From: an uncultured Clostridium sp.
GTDB taxonomy: Bacteria; Bacillota; Clostridia; TANB77; CAG-508
Assembly: GCA_947575745.1 (NCBI GenBank)
Contig: CANPOS010000001.1
Location: 1,105 to 65,104, forward strand
Direction of reading: 5' to 3'
Length of the DNA: 64,000 nucleotides
Part shown: piece after piece, positions 13,508 through 24,800 of the stretch
Position numbering within the stretch: the first letter of the stretch is position 1
How the letters are laid out: every line of letters starts with the position of its first letter
The notes under the pieces: generated by a model
The model's input: the letters and a program-made list of their open reading frames with translations, nothing else
Told to the model about the DNA's origin: nothing
Database searches by the model: none
Made by a program: the position numbers and the translations under genes

Positions 13508-14377
13508 ATGATTTCATTTTTTGCAAATTTATTCGGATATTTATTAAATTTTTTATATAATTTAATTCAAAATTATGGCTTGGCAATTATATTATTTTCA
13601 ATAATAGTAAAGATTATATTATTACCAATATCAATAAGTCAGCAAAAAACATTGAAAAAATCAGCTAAAGTACAAGAACAAATGAAAATTCTTCAAGTAA
13701 AACATAAAAATAACCCAGAAGCATTACAAAGAGAAATGATGGAAGTATATAAAAGAGAGAAAATGAATCCATTTAGTGGTTGCTTAAGTGCAATAGCACA
13801 AGTGATTTTATTATTCTCAGTATTTTATTTAGTAAGAAGTCCATTAACATATATGAAAAAAGTAGATACAGAATTAATAAATCAATATACAACAGAGATA
13901 AATGAACAATCTGAAAATAGAGATGCATATCCAGAAATTGCGATTATTAGAGAGAAAGCAAGTAGTGATGATAAAGTATATATAAACATGGAATTCTTAG
14001 GCTTAGATTTAAGTAGTATACCTTCAAAAGATTTTTCAGATTGGAAAACTTATGTAATTCCTGTACTTTATGTAATTACAACATTTATATCAATGAAAGT
14101 TACAACAGCAATGCAAAATAAGACTAAAAAGAAGAAAGAAGAAATAATAGAAGTAGATGCTGAAGGAAATCCAAAGAAAAAAGAGGAAGAAATAGATGTT
14201 ATGGCTCAGACTAATAGAAATATGACATATATGATGCCTATAATTGCAGTATCAGTATCTCTTATAGCACCACTAGGTCTTGCTTTATATTGGCTAACAA
14301 ATAATGTGCTTATGATAGTTGAAAGATTAACATTAAACATATTAATGAAAGATAAAGAGGAGGAAGAAAATGTCTGA
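13508..14377 (+). CDS. yidC: YidC/Oxa1 membrane protein insertase
   Basis: NYGLAIILFSIIVK, NPFSGCL, GLALYW; synteny. Confidence 0.93.
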   Translation: MISFFANLFGYLLNFLYNLIQNYGLAIILFSIIVKIILLPISISQQKTLKKSAKVQEQMKILQVKHKNNPEALQREMMEVYKREKMNPFSGCLSAIAQVILLFSVFYLVRSPLTYMKKVDTELINQYTTEINEQSENRDAYPEIAIIREKASSDDKVYINMEFLGLDLSSIPSKDFSDWKTYVIPVLYVITTFISMKVTTAMQNKTKKKKEEIIEVDAEGNPKKKEEEIDVMAQTNRNMTYMMPIIAVSVSLIAPLGLALYWLTNNVLMIVERLTLNILMKDKEEEENV

Positions 14378-15065
14378 TACAAGGATATTTGAAGGAAAAA
14401 CAACTAATGAAGCAATAGAAAAAGGATTAAAAGAATTAAGAGTTTCCAAAAATGATGTTGAAATAAAAGTAGTAGAAAGCGAAGAAAAGAGAAGCTTCTT
14501 TGATATATTAGCGCCAAGAGTTGTAAAGATAGAAATGAAATTAAAAGAGTCAGGAGAAGATAAGAAAAAACATATAGAAAATAAAGAGGAAATCAATATA
14601 GATGTAAAAACACTAGAAGTTGCAAAAGAAAGAGTACAAGAATTTTTAAATAAATTCTTAAAATTAACAATAGGAAAAGATATAAAATATAGTTGCGAAA
14701 TAAAAGAAAATTCAATTAGTATAAGTATAAATGAAAAACAAGCAGATTTTTTAATAGGCTATAGGGGAGAAACATTGAATTCAATGCAAACTATTCTAAA
14801 TGCAGTAGCCGTAAGAGAAACTAATGAAAAGGTAAGAGTGGAATTAGATGTTTTAGATTATAGAGAAAAGAGAAAGAAGTCATTAGAGGAACTTGCAGAA
14901 AAGATAGCTAAAAGTGTAATTAGGACAAGAAAATCAATTACATTAGAGCCAATGACTCCTTATGAAAGAAAAATAATTCATACAAAGTTGCAAGATAATA
15001 ATAAAGTGAAAACAGTAAGTATAGGAGAAGGATTACATAGAAAAATTGTTGTTTCACTAAAATAA
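14370..15065 (+). CDS. jag: RNA-binding protein Jag/KhpB/EloR
   Basis: Jag_N, KH (LIGYRGETL) and R3H (ERKIIH) domains. Confidence 0.93.
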   Translation: MSDTRIFEGKTTNEAIEKGLKELRVSKNDVEIKVVESEEKRSFFDILAPRVVKIEMKLKESGEDKKKHIENKEEINIDVKTLEVAKERVQEFLNKFLKLTIGKDIKYSCEIKENSISISINEKQADFLIGYRGETLNSMQTILNAVAVRETNEKVRVELDVLDYREKRKKSLEELAEKIAKSVIRTRKSITLEPMTPYERKIIHTKLQDNNKVKTVSIGEGLHRKIVVSLK

Positions 15066-15164
15066 TTAAATAAGATATAAAATCTAAGGTCAAAGTGAGG
15101 ATTTATATATTCAAAGGAATATATTATATCACTTTGACTTTTTTAAGATAGGAGGCAAAAATAA

Positions 15165-16529
15165 ATGGATACAATTGTTGCTATATCAACAGCGATAGGG
15201 AATAGTGGGATAGGAATAATCAGAATGAGTGGAGAAGATAGCTTTGATATAATAAAAAAGATATTCAAAACTAAGACAAAAACAATTAACATAAAACCAA
15301 ATACGATTAATTACGGCCATATTGTCGATAAAGACAAGATTGTTGATGAGGTATTAGTTTCCTTTTTTATATCACCAAAATCGTTTACAACGGAAAATAT
15401 GTGCGAGATAAATTCTCATGGTGGTATAGTAATTATGAACCGAATTTTAGAATTATGTTTAAAAAATGGAGCAAGAATGGCAGAGCCAGGAGAATTTACT
15501 AAAAGAGCATTTTTAAATGGAAGAATAGACTTATCACAAGCTGAAGCAATAATAGATGTTATAAATGCTAAATCAGAAAAAGAAGCAAAAGCATCAATAA
15601 AACAACTTAATGGAGAGCTAGCAAATAAATTGAAAAGCATTAGAGAAAAAATAATGTCTATATTAGTAGATATAGAAGCTTCTATCGATTATCCAGAATA
15701 TGATGTAGAGGAAATAACTAATAATAGGGTATCAGATGTAATGAAAGAAGTTAAAGAAGAAATAATCACTTTAAAAAATACTTTTGATAATGGAAAAATA
15801 ATAAAAGAGGGAATAAAAGTCGCTATAATAGGAAGACCTAATGCTGGAAAGTCTTCATTATTAAATGCAATATTGAAAGAGGAAAGAGCCATAGTTACAG
15901 AATATGAAGGAACTACAAGAGATACAATTGAAGAATTTATTCAAATAGATGGAATACCAATAAAGATAATAGATACAGCAGGAATAAGAAATACAGATGA
16001 CTATGTAGAGAATATAGGAATAAATAAATCTAAAGAAATTGCAAAAGAGGCTGATTTAGTAATAGCTATAATAGATGCTAGTAAAGAAATAAGAGAAGAA
16101 GAAAAAGAAATGCTAGAATTTATAAAAGATAAGAAAGGAATAATTCTTTTAAATAAGGTAGATTTAGAAATAAAGATAGATAAGGAAGAGATTAAAAGAA
16201 TTGCCAAAGATAAATGTGTTTTAGAAATTTCAGCTCTAAATAAAGAGGGAATAGATAAATTGTATGAAACAATATCAGCTATGTATAAATTTAGTGAAAT
16301 AGAAATAGATGATAGTTTGACAATTACAAATAAAAGACATAAAAATGCAATAAATAATATGATAACAAGTATAGAAAAATCTCAAAAATCAATAGAAGAG
16401 AGGATGCCAATAGATGTTGTAACAATAAATATAACAGAAATATTGACAGAAATGGGAACAATAACGGGAGAAACAGTGTCAGAAGATATAATTAACGAGA
16501 TTTTCAAAAAGTTTTGTTTAGGGAAGTAA
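15165..16529 (+). CDS. mnmE: tRNA U34 modification GTPase
   Basis: DTIVAIST, GRPNAGKSS, GTTRD, DTAG, C-terminal FCLGK. Confidence 0.97.
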   Translation: MDTIVAISTAIGNSGIGIIRMSGEDSFDIIKKIFKTKTKTINIKPNTINYGHIVDKDKIVDEVLVSFFISPKSFTTENMCEINSHGGIVIMNRILELCLKNGARMAEPGEFTKRAFLNGRIDLSQAEAIIDVINAKSEKEAKASIKQLNGELANKLKSIREKIMSILVDIEASIDYPEYDVEEITNNRVSDVMKEVKEEIITLKNTFDNGKIIKEGIKVAIIGRPNAGKSSLLNAILKEERAIVTEYEGTTRDTIEEFIQIDGIPIKIIDTAGIRNTDDYVENIGINKSKEIAKEADLVIAIIDASKEIREEEKEMLEFIKDKKGIILLNKVDLEIKIDKEEIKRIAKDKCVLEISALNKEGIDKLYETISAMYKFSEIEIDDSLTITNKRHKNAINNMITSIEKSQKSIEERMPIDVVTINITEILTEMGTITGETVSEDIINEIFKKFCLGK

Positions 16530-16540
16530 AAACAAAATTA

Positions 16541-16724
16541 ACAACACTAGAGTTTGCTTCTGTATTAAGTGATGTATATATATAATTTTGAAGTGAACGC
16601 GCAGTTTGGGAGCGAATTTGAAACTGTTAAAAACTTGTTTTATACAGTTTCAATGAGACGACCAGTAAGGAACAAAAAATTATATATATACATCACTTCA
16701 AATAGGGACAGCTTTAGTAGTTGT
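16541..16724 (+). ncRNA. ssrS: Probable 6S RNA
   Basis: ~185-nt rod: 23-bp stem AAGTGATGTATATATATAATTTT/AAAATTATATATATACATCACTT, central bubble, apical stem TTGAAACTGT/ACAGTTTCAA; family assignment is inferred from size and shape. Confidence 0.55.
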
Positions 16725-16854
16725 AAATTATAATAAAATTTAACAATTAAATAATTGTTGTAAAAACTAGACATAACAGCACGAATAAATACGAACATAA
16801 ATTCTTGTTTCATAATTAACAATATAAAAACATAGAAAAGGAAGGGAAAATAAA

Positions 16855-18734
16855 ATGAACTATTTTGCAGGAGAATATGATGTAGCAGTAATAGGAGCAG
16901 GACATGCTGGGTGTGAGGCAGCACTTGCAACATCTAGGATGGGATTTAAGACACTACTATTTTCAATTAGCTTAGAAGCAGTTGCAAATATGCCTTGTAA
17001 TCCTAATATAGGTGGAACATCAAAAGGACATTTGGTAAGAGAAATAGATGCTCTTGGAGGAGAAATGGGTAAAAACATAGACAAGACATTTATACAATCA
17101 AGAATGTTGAATACATCAAAAGGACCAGCTGTGCATTCACTAAGAGCACAGGCAGATAGAAAACAATATCATATAGAAATGAAACACACTTTAGAAAGAC
17201 AAGAAAATTTATTTATGAAGCAAGCAGAAATAATAAATATAGGAGTAGAAGAACGGAAAAGTAAAGTCAGTAGAAACAAATATTGGTGCTGTATACAATG
17301 TAAAATCAGTAATACTTGCTACTGGAACCTATTTAAAAGGAAAAATATTTATAGGAGAAGTTTCATATGAAAGTGGACCAGATGGGGTATTTCCAGCTAA
17401 TAAATTATCTAAATGTTTGAAGGATTTAGGAATAGAAATAGTAAGATTTAAGACAGGAACTCCAGCAAGAGTTAATAAAAATTCAATAGATTTTTCAAAG
17501 ATGGAGATTCAAAATGGTGACGACGAAATAGAGATGTTTTCTTTTGAAGATGAAGAAAAGAAAATAAATCAAGTACCATGTTATTTGACATATACAAATG
17601 AAAAAACACACGAAATAATTAGAAAAAATTTACATCGTTCACCATTATATGCAGGGAAAATTGAAGGAACAGGTCCAAGATATTGCCCTTCGATAGAAGA
17701 TAAAGTAGTAAGATTTAGTGATAAACCAAGACATCAAATATTTATAGAACCAATGGGCTTAAACACAGATGAAATGTATGTGCAAGGGATGAGTTCCTCA
17801 CTTCCAGAGGATGTGCAAATAGCAATGTATAGAACTATTGCGGGATTAGAAAATGTAGAATTTACAAGACCAGCATATGCAATAGAATATGATTGTATAG
17901 AGCCTTCACAGCTAAAATTATCATTGGAATTAAAACAATTATCAGGAATGTTTTTTGCTGGGCAAATAAATCGGAACTTCAGGTTATGAAGAAGCAGCAG
18001 CACAAGGTATAATTGCTGGAATTAATGCTGGATTAAAATTAAAAGGAGAAAAACCTTTAATTTTAGATAGATCAGATGCTTATATTGGAGTATTAATAGA
18101 CGATATAGTAACAAAGGGAACTAATGAACCATATAGAATGATGACTTCAAGAGCAGAATATAGGCTACTTTTAAGACAAGATAATGCGGATCTTAGATTA
18201 ACAGAAAAAGGATATAGAGTTGGATTAATTTCAGAAGAAAGATTTAAAAAATTTGAAGAAAAAAAGAAACAAATAAATAATGAAATAGAAAGATTAAAAA
18301 ATACTGTAATAAAGCCTTCAAAGAAGGTAAATGATTTTTTAGTTTCACATGAAACATCCAAACTAGAAACAGGAACGAAAATGTCAGAACTACTGAAAAG
18401 AACAGAACTTACATATAAAGATTTAGCAGAAATTGACGAAGAAAGAAACATAGAACTTCCAAAAGATGTTATAAGAGAAGTAGAAATAAGTCTTAAATAC
18501 GAAGGATATATAAAAATGCAAGAATCACAAGTCATTAAATTTAAAAAACTTGAAACCAGAGAATTAAAAGAAGACATAGATTATCAAAAAATAAGTGGAT
18601 TAAGTTTAGAAGCGAGACAAAAATTAAATAAGCATAAACCATCATCAGTAGGACAGGCGTCAAGAATATCAGGAGTTTCACCAGCTGATATATCCGTACT
18701 TTTAATATATTTAGAGCAACAAAAAAGAAAGTAA
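16855..18734 (+). CDS. mnmG: tRNA U34 modification enzyme MnmG/GidA (~625 aa), two +1 shifts at CGGA
   Basis: [24 protein letters not shown]; three ORFs join at CGGA 17254-17257 (EE-G-KVKSV) and 17972-17975 ([16 protein letters not shown]). Confidence 0.96.
18341..18356. promoter_or_regulatory. Putative parS site inside mnmG
   Basis: AGTTTCACATGAAACA, two mismatches to TGTTTCACGTGAAACA, about 1.5 kb upstream of parB. Confidence 0.65.
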
Positions 18735-19017
18735 AAATTAGAAAAAATACTCAAAAATTATTGACATATTAATAATAAAATTATATTATTAATATGTCAA
18801 TTTGTTATTGAATAGGAAAATCGCAGATTTTTCTGAAACAACAATATTAGGTTGTCTTAAAATATGCATATTTGTAAGAAAAATACACATATTACAAAGA
18901 CATTTTTCTTATGTGCAATTAAAAGTATAAAATGGATATAAAACCTATAAAATGCTGATATTACTACAATAGAACAAACAAAGCAACTAACAAAAAGACA
19001 AAAAGGAGGAATAATAG

Positions 19018-19813
19018 TTGGGAAAAGTAGTTTCAATAGCAAACCAAAAAGGGGGAGTACGGAAAAACAACAACATCAATAAATTTAAGCACAATACTTG
19101 CAAAAAAAGGAAAAAAAGTATTATTAATAGATGCAGATCCACAGGGAAATGCAACTAGTGGACTAGGGATAAATAAAGATATAGACAAATCTATATATGA
19201 TGTAATAATAAATGAGGTAAGTATAGAAGAAACCTTAAAAGACACAGCTATCAAATCTTTAAAAGTATGTCCATCAAACATTAATTTAGCAGGAGCTGAA
19301 GTAGAACTTGTTTCTTTAATATCAAGAGAACATAGACTAAAAGAAAGAATAGACGAAGTAAAGGATAAATTTGACTATATAATTATTGATTGTCCTCCTT
19401 CATTAGGATTAATTACTTTAAATGCATTTACGGCCTCTAATAGTGTACTTATACCAGTTCAATGCGAGTATTATGCACTAGAAGGATTAGGACAACTTAT
19501 AAACACTGTAAATTTGGTAAGAAGACATTTAAATAAAGATGTAGAAATAGAAGGCGCATTACTTACAATGTATGATGCAAGGACAAATCTTTCAAATCAG
19601 GTAGTAAAAGAAGTAAAAAGGTATTTTGAGGATAGAGTATACAAAACAGTTATACCAAGAAATGTAAAGTTAAGCGAAGCACCAAGTTATGGGATGCCTA
19701 TAACAGTATATGATCCAAAATCTAAAGGTGCAAAATGCTATGAAAAATTAGTAAGAGAATTTATAAAAAAGAATGAAGAAGAAGTTAAAGCAAAACATCT
19801 AAAAGAGGAATAA
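19018..19813 (+). CDS. parA: Chromosome partitioning ATPase Soj/ParA (~264 aa), +1 shift at CGGA in Walker A
   Basis: AGGAGG then TTG start; NQKGGV-G-KTTT restored by CGGA at 19060-19063; DADPQGNA, IDCPPSLG, EAPSYG. Confidence 0.95.
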
Positions 19814-19870
19814 ATAGAGTAGTATTTTGATAAAACTTGATTAAAAGAATAAGAAAGGAAATGGTAATAT

Positions 19871-20719
19871 ATGGCAAAAAAGACAGGATTAGGGAAAGGA
19901 CTAGATGCACTATTTATAACAAATTCAGAACCAGAAGAAGAAGTGAAAGATAGTGAAAAAATATTTAGTCTTTCAATAAATGAAGTAGAACCAAATCGTG
20001 AACAACCAAGAAAACATTTTGAAGAAGAAGCGTTAGAAGAACTTGCAGAGTCGATTAAAAGATATGGATTAATACAACCAATAGTAGTAACTAAAAAAGA
20101 TGGATATTACGAAATTATTGCGGGAGAAAGAAGATGGCGTGCTTCTAAAAAGGCAGGATTAAAAGAAATACCAGCAATAGTAAGAGAGGATAATGAAAGA
20201 AAAAATAAAGAAATTTCATTAATAGAAAATATACAAAGAGAAGATTTAAATGCAGTAGAAAAAGCTATGGGAATGAAATTATTAATGGAGGACTATTCTT
20301 TAACCCAACAACAAATTTCAGAAATACTAGGTAAGAGTAGAAGCTCTATCGCAAATACAGTAAGAATACTAAACCTAGACAAAAGGGTATTAGAGCTTGC
20401 AAAAGAGGGAAAACTAACAGAAGGACATTGTAGAGCACTTCTTTCTATTGAAGATGGAGATAAGCAACTAGAAATGGCACTTAGAATAATTGAAAGAGGA
20501 GATAATGTAAGAGTAACTGAAGAAAAGACTCAAGTAAGCAAAAAAATGAAGAAAAAAACTCAAAAATATGAGGCAATATATAAAGACATAGAAGATTCTT
20601 TTCAAAGCTTTTTCGGAACAAAGGTAAGTCTAAAAGCAGGACAAAGAAAAGGAAAAATTGTAATTGAATATAAGTCAAATGAAGATTTAGAAAGGTTATT
20701 GGAGCTTATAAAAGAATAA
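19871..20719 (+). CDS. parB: Chromosome partitioning protein ParB/Spo0J
   Basis: GLGKGLDAL, QPRK, IAGERRWRA, ENIQREDL. Confidence 0.96.
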   Translation: MAKKTGLGKGLDALFITNSEPEEEVKDSEKIFSLSINEVEPNREQPRKHFEEEALEELAESIKRYGLIQPIVVTKKDGYYEIIAGERRWRASKKAGLKEIPAIVREDNERKNKEISLIENIQREDLNAVEKAMGMKLLMEDYSLTQQQISEILGKSRSSIANTVRILNLDKRVLELAKEGKLTEGHCRALLSIEDGDKQLEMALRIIERGDNVRVTEEKTQVSKKMKKKTQKYEAIYKDIEDSFQSFFGTKVSLKAGQRKGKIVIEYKSNEDLERLLELIKE

Positions 20720-20744
20720 TTAATTACTAAAGGAAGTGTGAGAA

Positions 20745-21239
20745 TTGGAAAATATTTTAGAATTTATGAAAACAGATTTATTCTTATTAATAATATCTGG
20801 AATAATAATTTTAATATTTATATTATATATTATAAACATTATAAAACTAAGCAAAATCAGAAAAGAATATAAAAAATTCATGGAAAAAGTAGGCAAAGGA
20901 GGCAATATAGAAGAAATATTAGATAAACATATTGAGAAAATAAATAAAACTGTTGCAAAAAATGATGAATTGGAAAAATTTTGTGTTAAGATAGATACAG
21001 ACATAAAGAATTGTATACAAAAGGTAGGAATATATAGATATAATGCATATAAAGATACAGGAAGTGATTTAAGCTTTACTCTAGCAATGTTAGACGAAAA
21101 AAATAATGGAGTAGTGTTAAATGGAATATATTCAAGGGATATGTCAAATATATATGCAAAGCCAGTAGAAAATGGAAATTCTCCATATAAAATGACAGAA
21201 GAAGAAAATGAAGCAGTAAGAAGGGCAATGAATTCTTAA
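20745..21239 (+). CDS. DUF4446-like membrane-anchored protein
   Basis: N-terminal TM helix; QKVGIYRYNAY..GSDLSF, YAKPVENG; commonly follows parB in Clostridia. Confidence 0.8.
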   Translation: MENILEFMKTDLFLLIISGIIILIFILYIINIIKLSKIRKEYKKFMEKVGKGGNIEEILDKHIEKINKTVAKNDELEKFCVKIDTDIKNCIQKVGIYRYNAYKDTGSDLSFTLAMLDEKNNGVVLNGIYSRDMSNIYAKPVENGNSPYKMTEEENEAVRRAMNS

Positions 21240-21366
21240 AGGTATGATTGGGTAAAATAATATAGTATTAAATTTTCGAATTTGCAGTTTGGAAAAAAAT
21301 ACCCTTGACAGTAAGCTTTAAATATGTTAATATATATACTGTTGCAAGAAAATGTAACAGTAATAT

Positions 21367-21458
21367 GCAGAGGTGGTCGAGTTGGTTTATGGCAGCAGTC
21401 TTGAAAATTGCCGTAGGTTAATAGCCTACCGTGGGTTCGAATCCCACCCTCTGCGCCA
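21367..21458 (+). tRNA. tRNA-Ser(UGA)
   Basis: Anticodon arm GCAGT-cTTGAaa-ATTGC (7-nt loop), long variable arm, GGTTCGAATCC, CCA end. Confidence 0.95.
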
Positions 21459-21599
21459 AAATAGAAAACGGCATTTAAGCCGTTTTTTGTTTTCCAAACA
21501 TATAACTTGTAGTCTAAAAAAAAATAAAGGCTTAAAACCCAAAATAAAAGCTAGAAAGGACAAACTACTGAAATATAAAGGTTATTTTAAATTAGAAAT

Positions 21600-21691
21600 G
21601 GAGAGTTGTCTGAGTTGGTTTAAAGTGCTAGTCTCGAAAACTGGTGTAGGCGAATAACCTACCGTGGGTTCAAATCCCACACTCTCCGCCA
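21600..21691 (+). tRNA. tRNA-Ser(CGA)
   Basis: Anticodon arm CTAGT-ctCGAaa-ACTGG, long variable arm, CCA end. Confidence 0.93.
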
Positions 21692-21788
21692 ATGACATAT
21701 AAAATAAGGATTTCCAGAAATTTCAAGAGTTTTTTTAACAAAAAATATTGACTAAAGTATAAAAATATATTATAATAATTAAGCATTT

Positions 21789-21879
21789 GTAGGTGTACCC
21801 AAGTGGTTGAAGGGGTCAGTTTGCTAAACTGATAGGGTTCGTAAGGGCCGCGGAGGTTCAAATCCTCTCACCTACGCCA
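21789..21879 (+). tRNA. tRNA-Ser(GCU)
   Basis: Anticodon arm TCAGT-ttGCTaa-ACTGA, long variable arm, CCA end. Confidence 0.95.
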
Positions 21880-21899
21880 AAAAAGGATATGAAATAATA

Positions 21900-24800
21900 A
21901 AATTTCATATCTATTTTTTTTGCTCAAAAGACATATGAATTTAAAATTAGACATATATAATCATATCTAAAAATGATAAAAAAAAGAAAAATAAAAAAAT
22001 AAATTGTCAAAAAGTAATAAACAATAAAAAAAGATAAATGTAAGAAATTACCAATAAAAAATAATATAAATTTTATAAGAAAATAAAAAAACAAAAAACA
22101 AATAAATATATAAAAACTTTAAAGGATTATAATTAATATTAGAAATTATATAAAAATAAAAAAGAAAACAAATAAAAAGTTTTTTAGTTATTTATAAAAT
22201 TAAAAGGAAGATTATAAATAAAGAACAAATAAATATAAAGAAAAAACAAACAAAAAATAGAAAATAAAAATGAAATAAAAATTCAAATAAATAAAAAACA
22301 TTAAAAACAAATGTAAGTTGAAAATCCGTAAATAAATATTAACACTATCAACTAAGAATAAATGGAAAAATATGGATAAAAACAACAAAATAAAAAAGCA
22401 AAAAAAAGAAAAAAGAAGAGTACTAAAAAAGTAAAAAACTAGATAACAAAATTTAAAGATAATAAAAAAGAATAAAAGCAAAATTGTGTAAAAATAAGAT
22501 AATTGAAATTTGTAAAAAGATTTAGAACCTTTGAGAAAAAATATTATAAAAAATAAAATAATAAAGAGAAGTGAATAGAGAAAAAATGATAAAGCAAAAT
22601 ATATTTTAAAAAATTAGTATTAAAATGGAAATCAGGCAAGGTAACAAAATGACAAAAATAAAGAAGAAATTAATTTTTAATCTATAAAATAAATTAAAAA
22701 AAAGTAATAAAAAAATAGAAAAAGTTTGTCGAAAAAATTAAAAAAATAAAAATTTTTGAAAACAAAAAAATTGAAATTAAAAAATCTGAAAAAGAAACTA
22801 CACCTTTTTGACAAGCAAATTTGAATAAAAAAAATTCCACTACACAAAAAGACAACTGAAAAATAAAGAAAATTTATAAAATTTAATTCAAAATAAAAAT
22901 AAAAAAATAGAGATATAATTATAAAAAAATCGAAAGAAAAATAAAATATTCAAAAAAATAAATAATAAAACAAGAATAAAATATAAAAAATAAAGAAATA
23001 AAATTTAAATAAATAAAAAATATAATTAAAATAGACAATAAATTTCATTGAAAATAATTTATAAAAAACAAAATAAATAGAAAAATACTTTAAATATAGA
23101 AAAAAAGCTAATAAAAAATAATTTTAAATTAATTAAATTATTTAAAAAGAAAAAATAAAGTAAGTAGAGGATATAGGGTTAGTACGCTTGTATTTTGTAG
23201 TTTATAAAAGAATAAAAATAAAATTTAATTTTTTATAAATAATATTTATGATAATTAAAATAAGAAAATAAAGAATATTAAAAAAATAGGTAATTAATAA
23301 TTAAAATAAATAATAAAATGCATTAAAAGCAATTTAAAAAAAACAGAATAAAAATTAGTAAAATAAATAATATTAAATTGTAGTATAATACTAAAAAATA
23401 AAAAGTATAGAATAAATAAAAAATGATAAAAAAACAATTAATAAAAAAATATAAAAATTAAAATTCGGAAAATAGATTTATATAATGAGAATTATAAATA
23501 AATGAAAGATTGATTAAATTAAAAAATAATATTTTATAATAAAAAAATTTAAAATTGATACAATCAATAATACAACAAAAAGACAAAAAATAATAGAGGT
23601 AAAGACTAGATTTATAAAATGTAAGTTGATAAAAAATGGATTAATCCAAAAAATTAGAAATATGAAATAAAAAATCTAAAAATAAAAAGTTAAAAAAGAA
23701 AAGTATAAAACTAAATAATTACTAAAAAATTTTAAAAGAAAAGATAAACAAAAAATAAAATGTACTTTTTGACAATCTAAAAGATGGAAAAAAATTTAAA
23801 AAATAATAGTAAAAAAATATATACAAATAAATTTAAAAAAAATGAAATTTATTTGTATATATTTTTAAATATAAATTGAAAATAAAAATTAAGATTAAAA
23901 ATAATTAAAAGAAAATAATAAAAATAAAATTTAAAATAAGATATTAAACTTATAATATAAAAGATAAATATTTATAAAAAAATTAAGTAATTAAATAATA
24001 AATATTTATAAAGAAAAAAAGTAAATAAATATAAATAAAGAAAAATATATTAATAAAATATTTAAAGTAAAAAAATAATTTTGATTAAATAAAATTAAAA
24101 GAAGGATAAAAGTATATAAAAAATAGAAAAAAATAGAATATATAAGACAATTAAAATAGACAAATAAAAAATGTAAACCCAAAAAAGGTAAAAATAATAA
24201 AAAAATAATGAACAAATATTCACTAGAATAATAAAAAATTGAAGAAAAATAAATTAAATAAAAAATAAAAGAAAAATTAGTTAGAATGTAAGTACTCCCT
24301 AGTTATAAAAACACTGATGTGGATAACTTTTTATTATAAAAAAATAAAGAAAAATAAGAATAAATTATTAATAAAATATAAAAAAACTCAAAATATAGTA
24401 AAAAAAAGAGATAAAAACTAAATGAAGAATAAAGGCATTATGTACACAAAATAAAATATGAAAAAACAGATGAAAAAACAATTTAGAATTAGTATAAAAT
24501 ATATAAATAAATAATAAATAAATATTAAAAATAAAACAAAATGTATAAATAAAGGATAGTATTAAAAATGATAATAATAAAAATAAAGTTTTATTAAAAA
24601 ATAATTTTAATAAATATACTAATAAATTAAAAATTCAAATTTATTAGTATATTAAATGAAAAATAAAATCTAAATAATTTATTATAAAAATTAATTTATA
24701 AAATAGAAATATAGTTCACAAAATAAAAAGTTAAATATTAAATTAAAATAAAAAGAAAAACAAAATAGAAATAAAAAAACGAAATAAGTTTTATAAAAAA

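Noticed and set aside
21373..21861. ORFs 21373-21657 and 21670-21861
   Set aside because: They overlap tRNA genes and are spurious
21367..21879. A frameshift-suppressor tRNA among the tRNAs in the window
   Set aside because: The three Ser tRNAs and tRNA-Arg(UCU) all have normal 7-nt anticodon loops; any quadruplet tRNA must lie elsewhere
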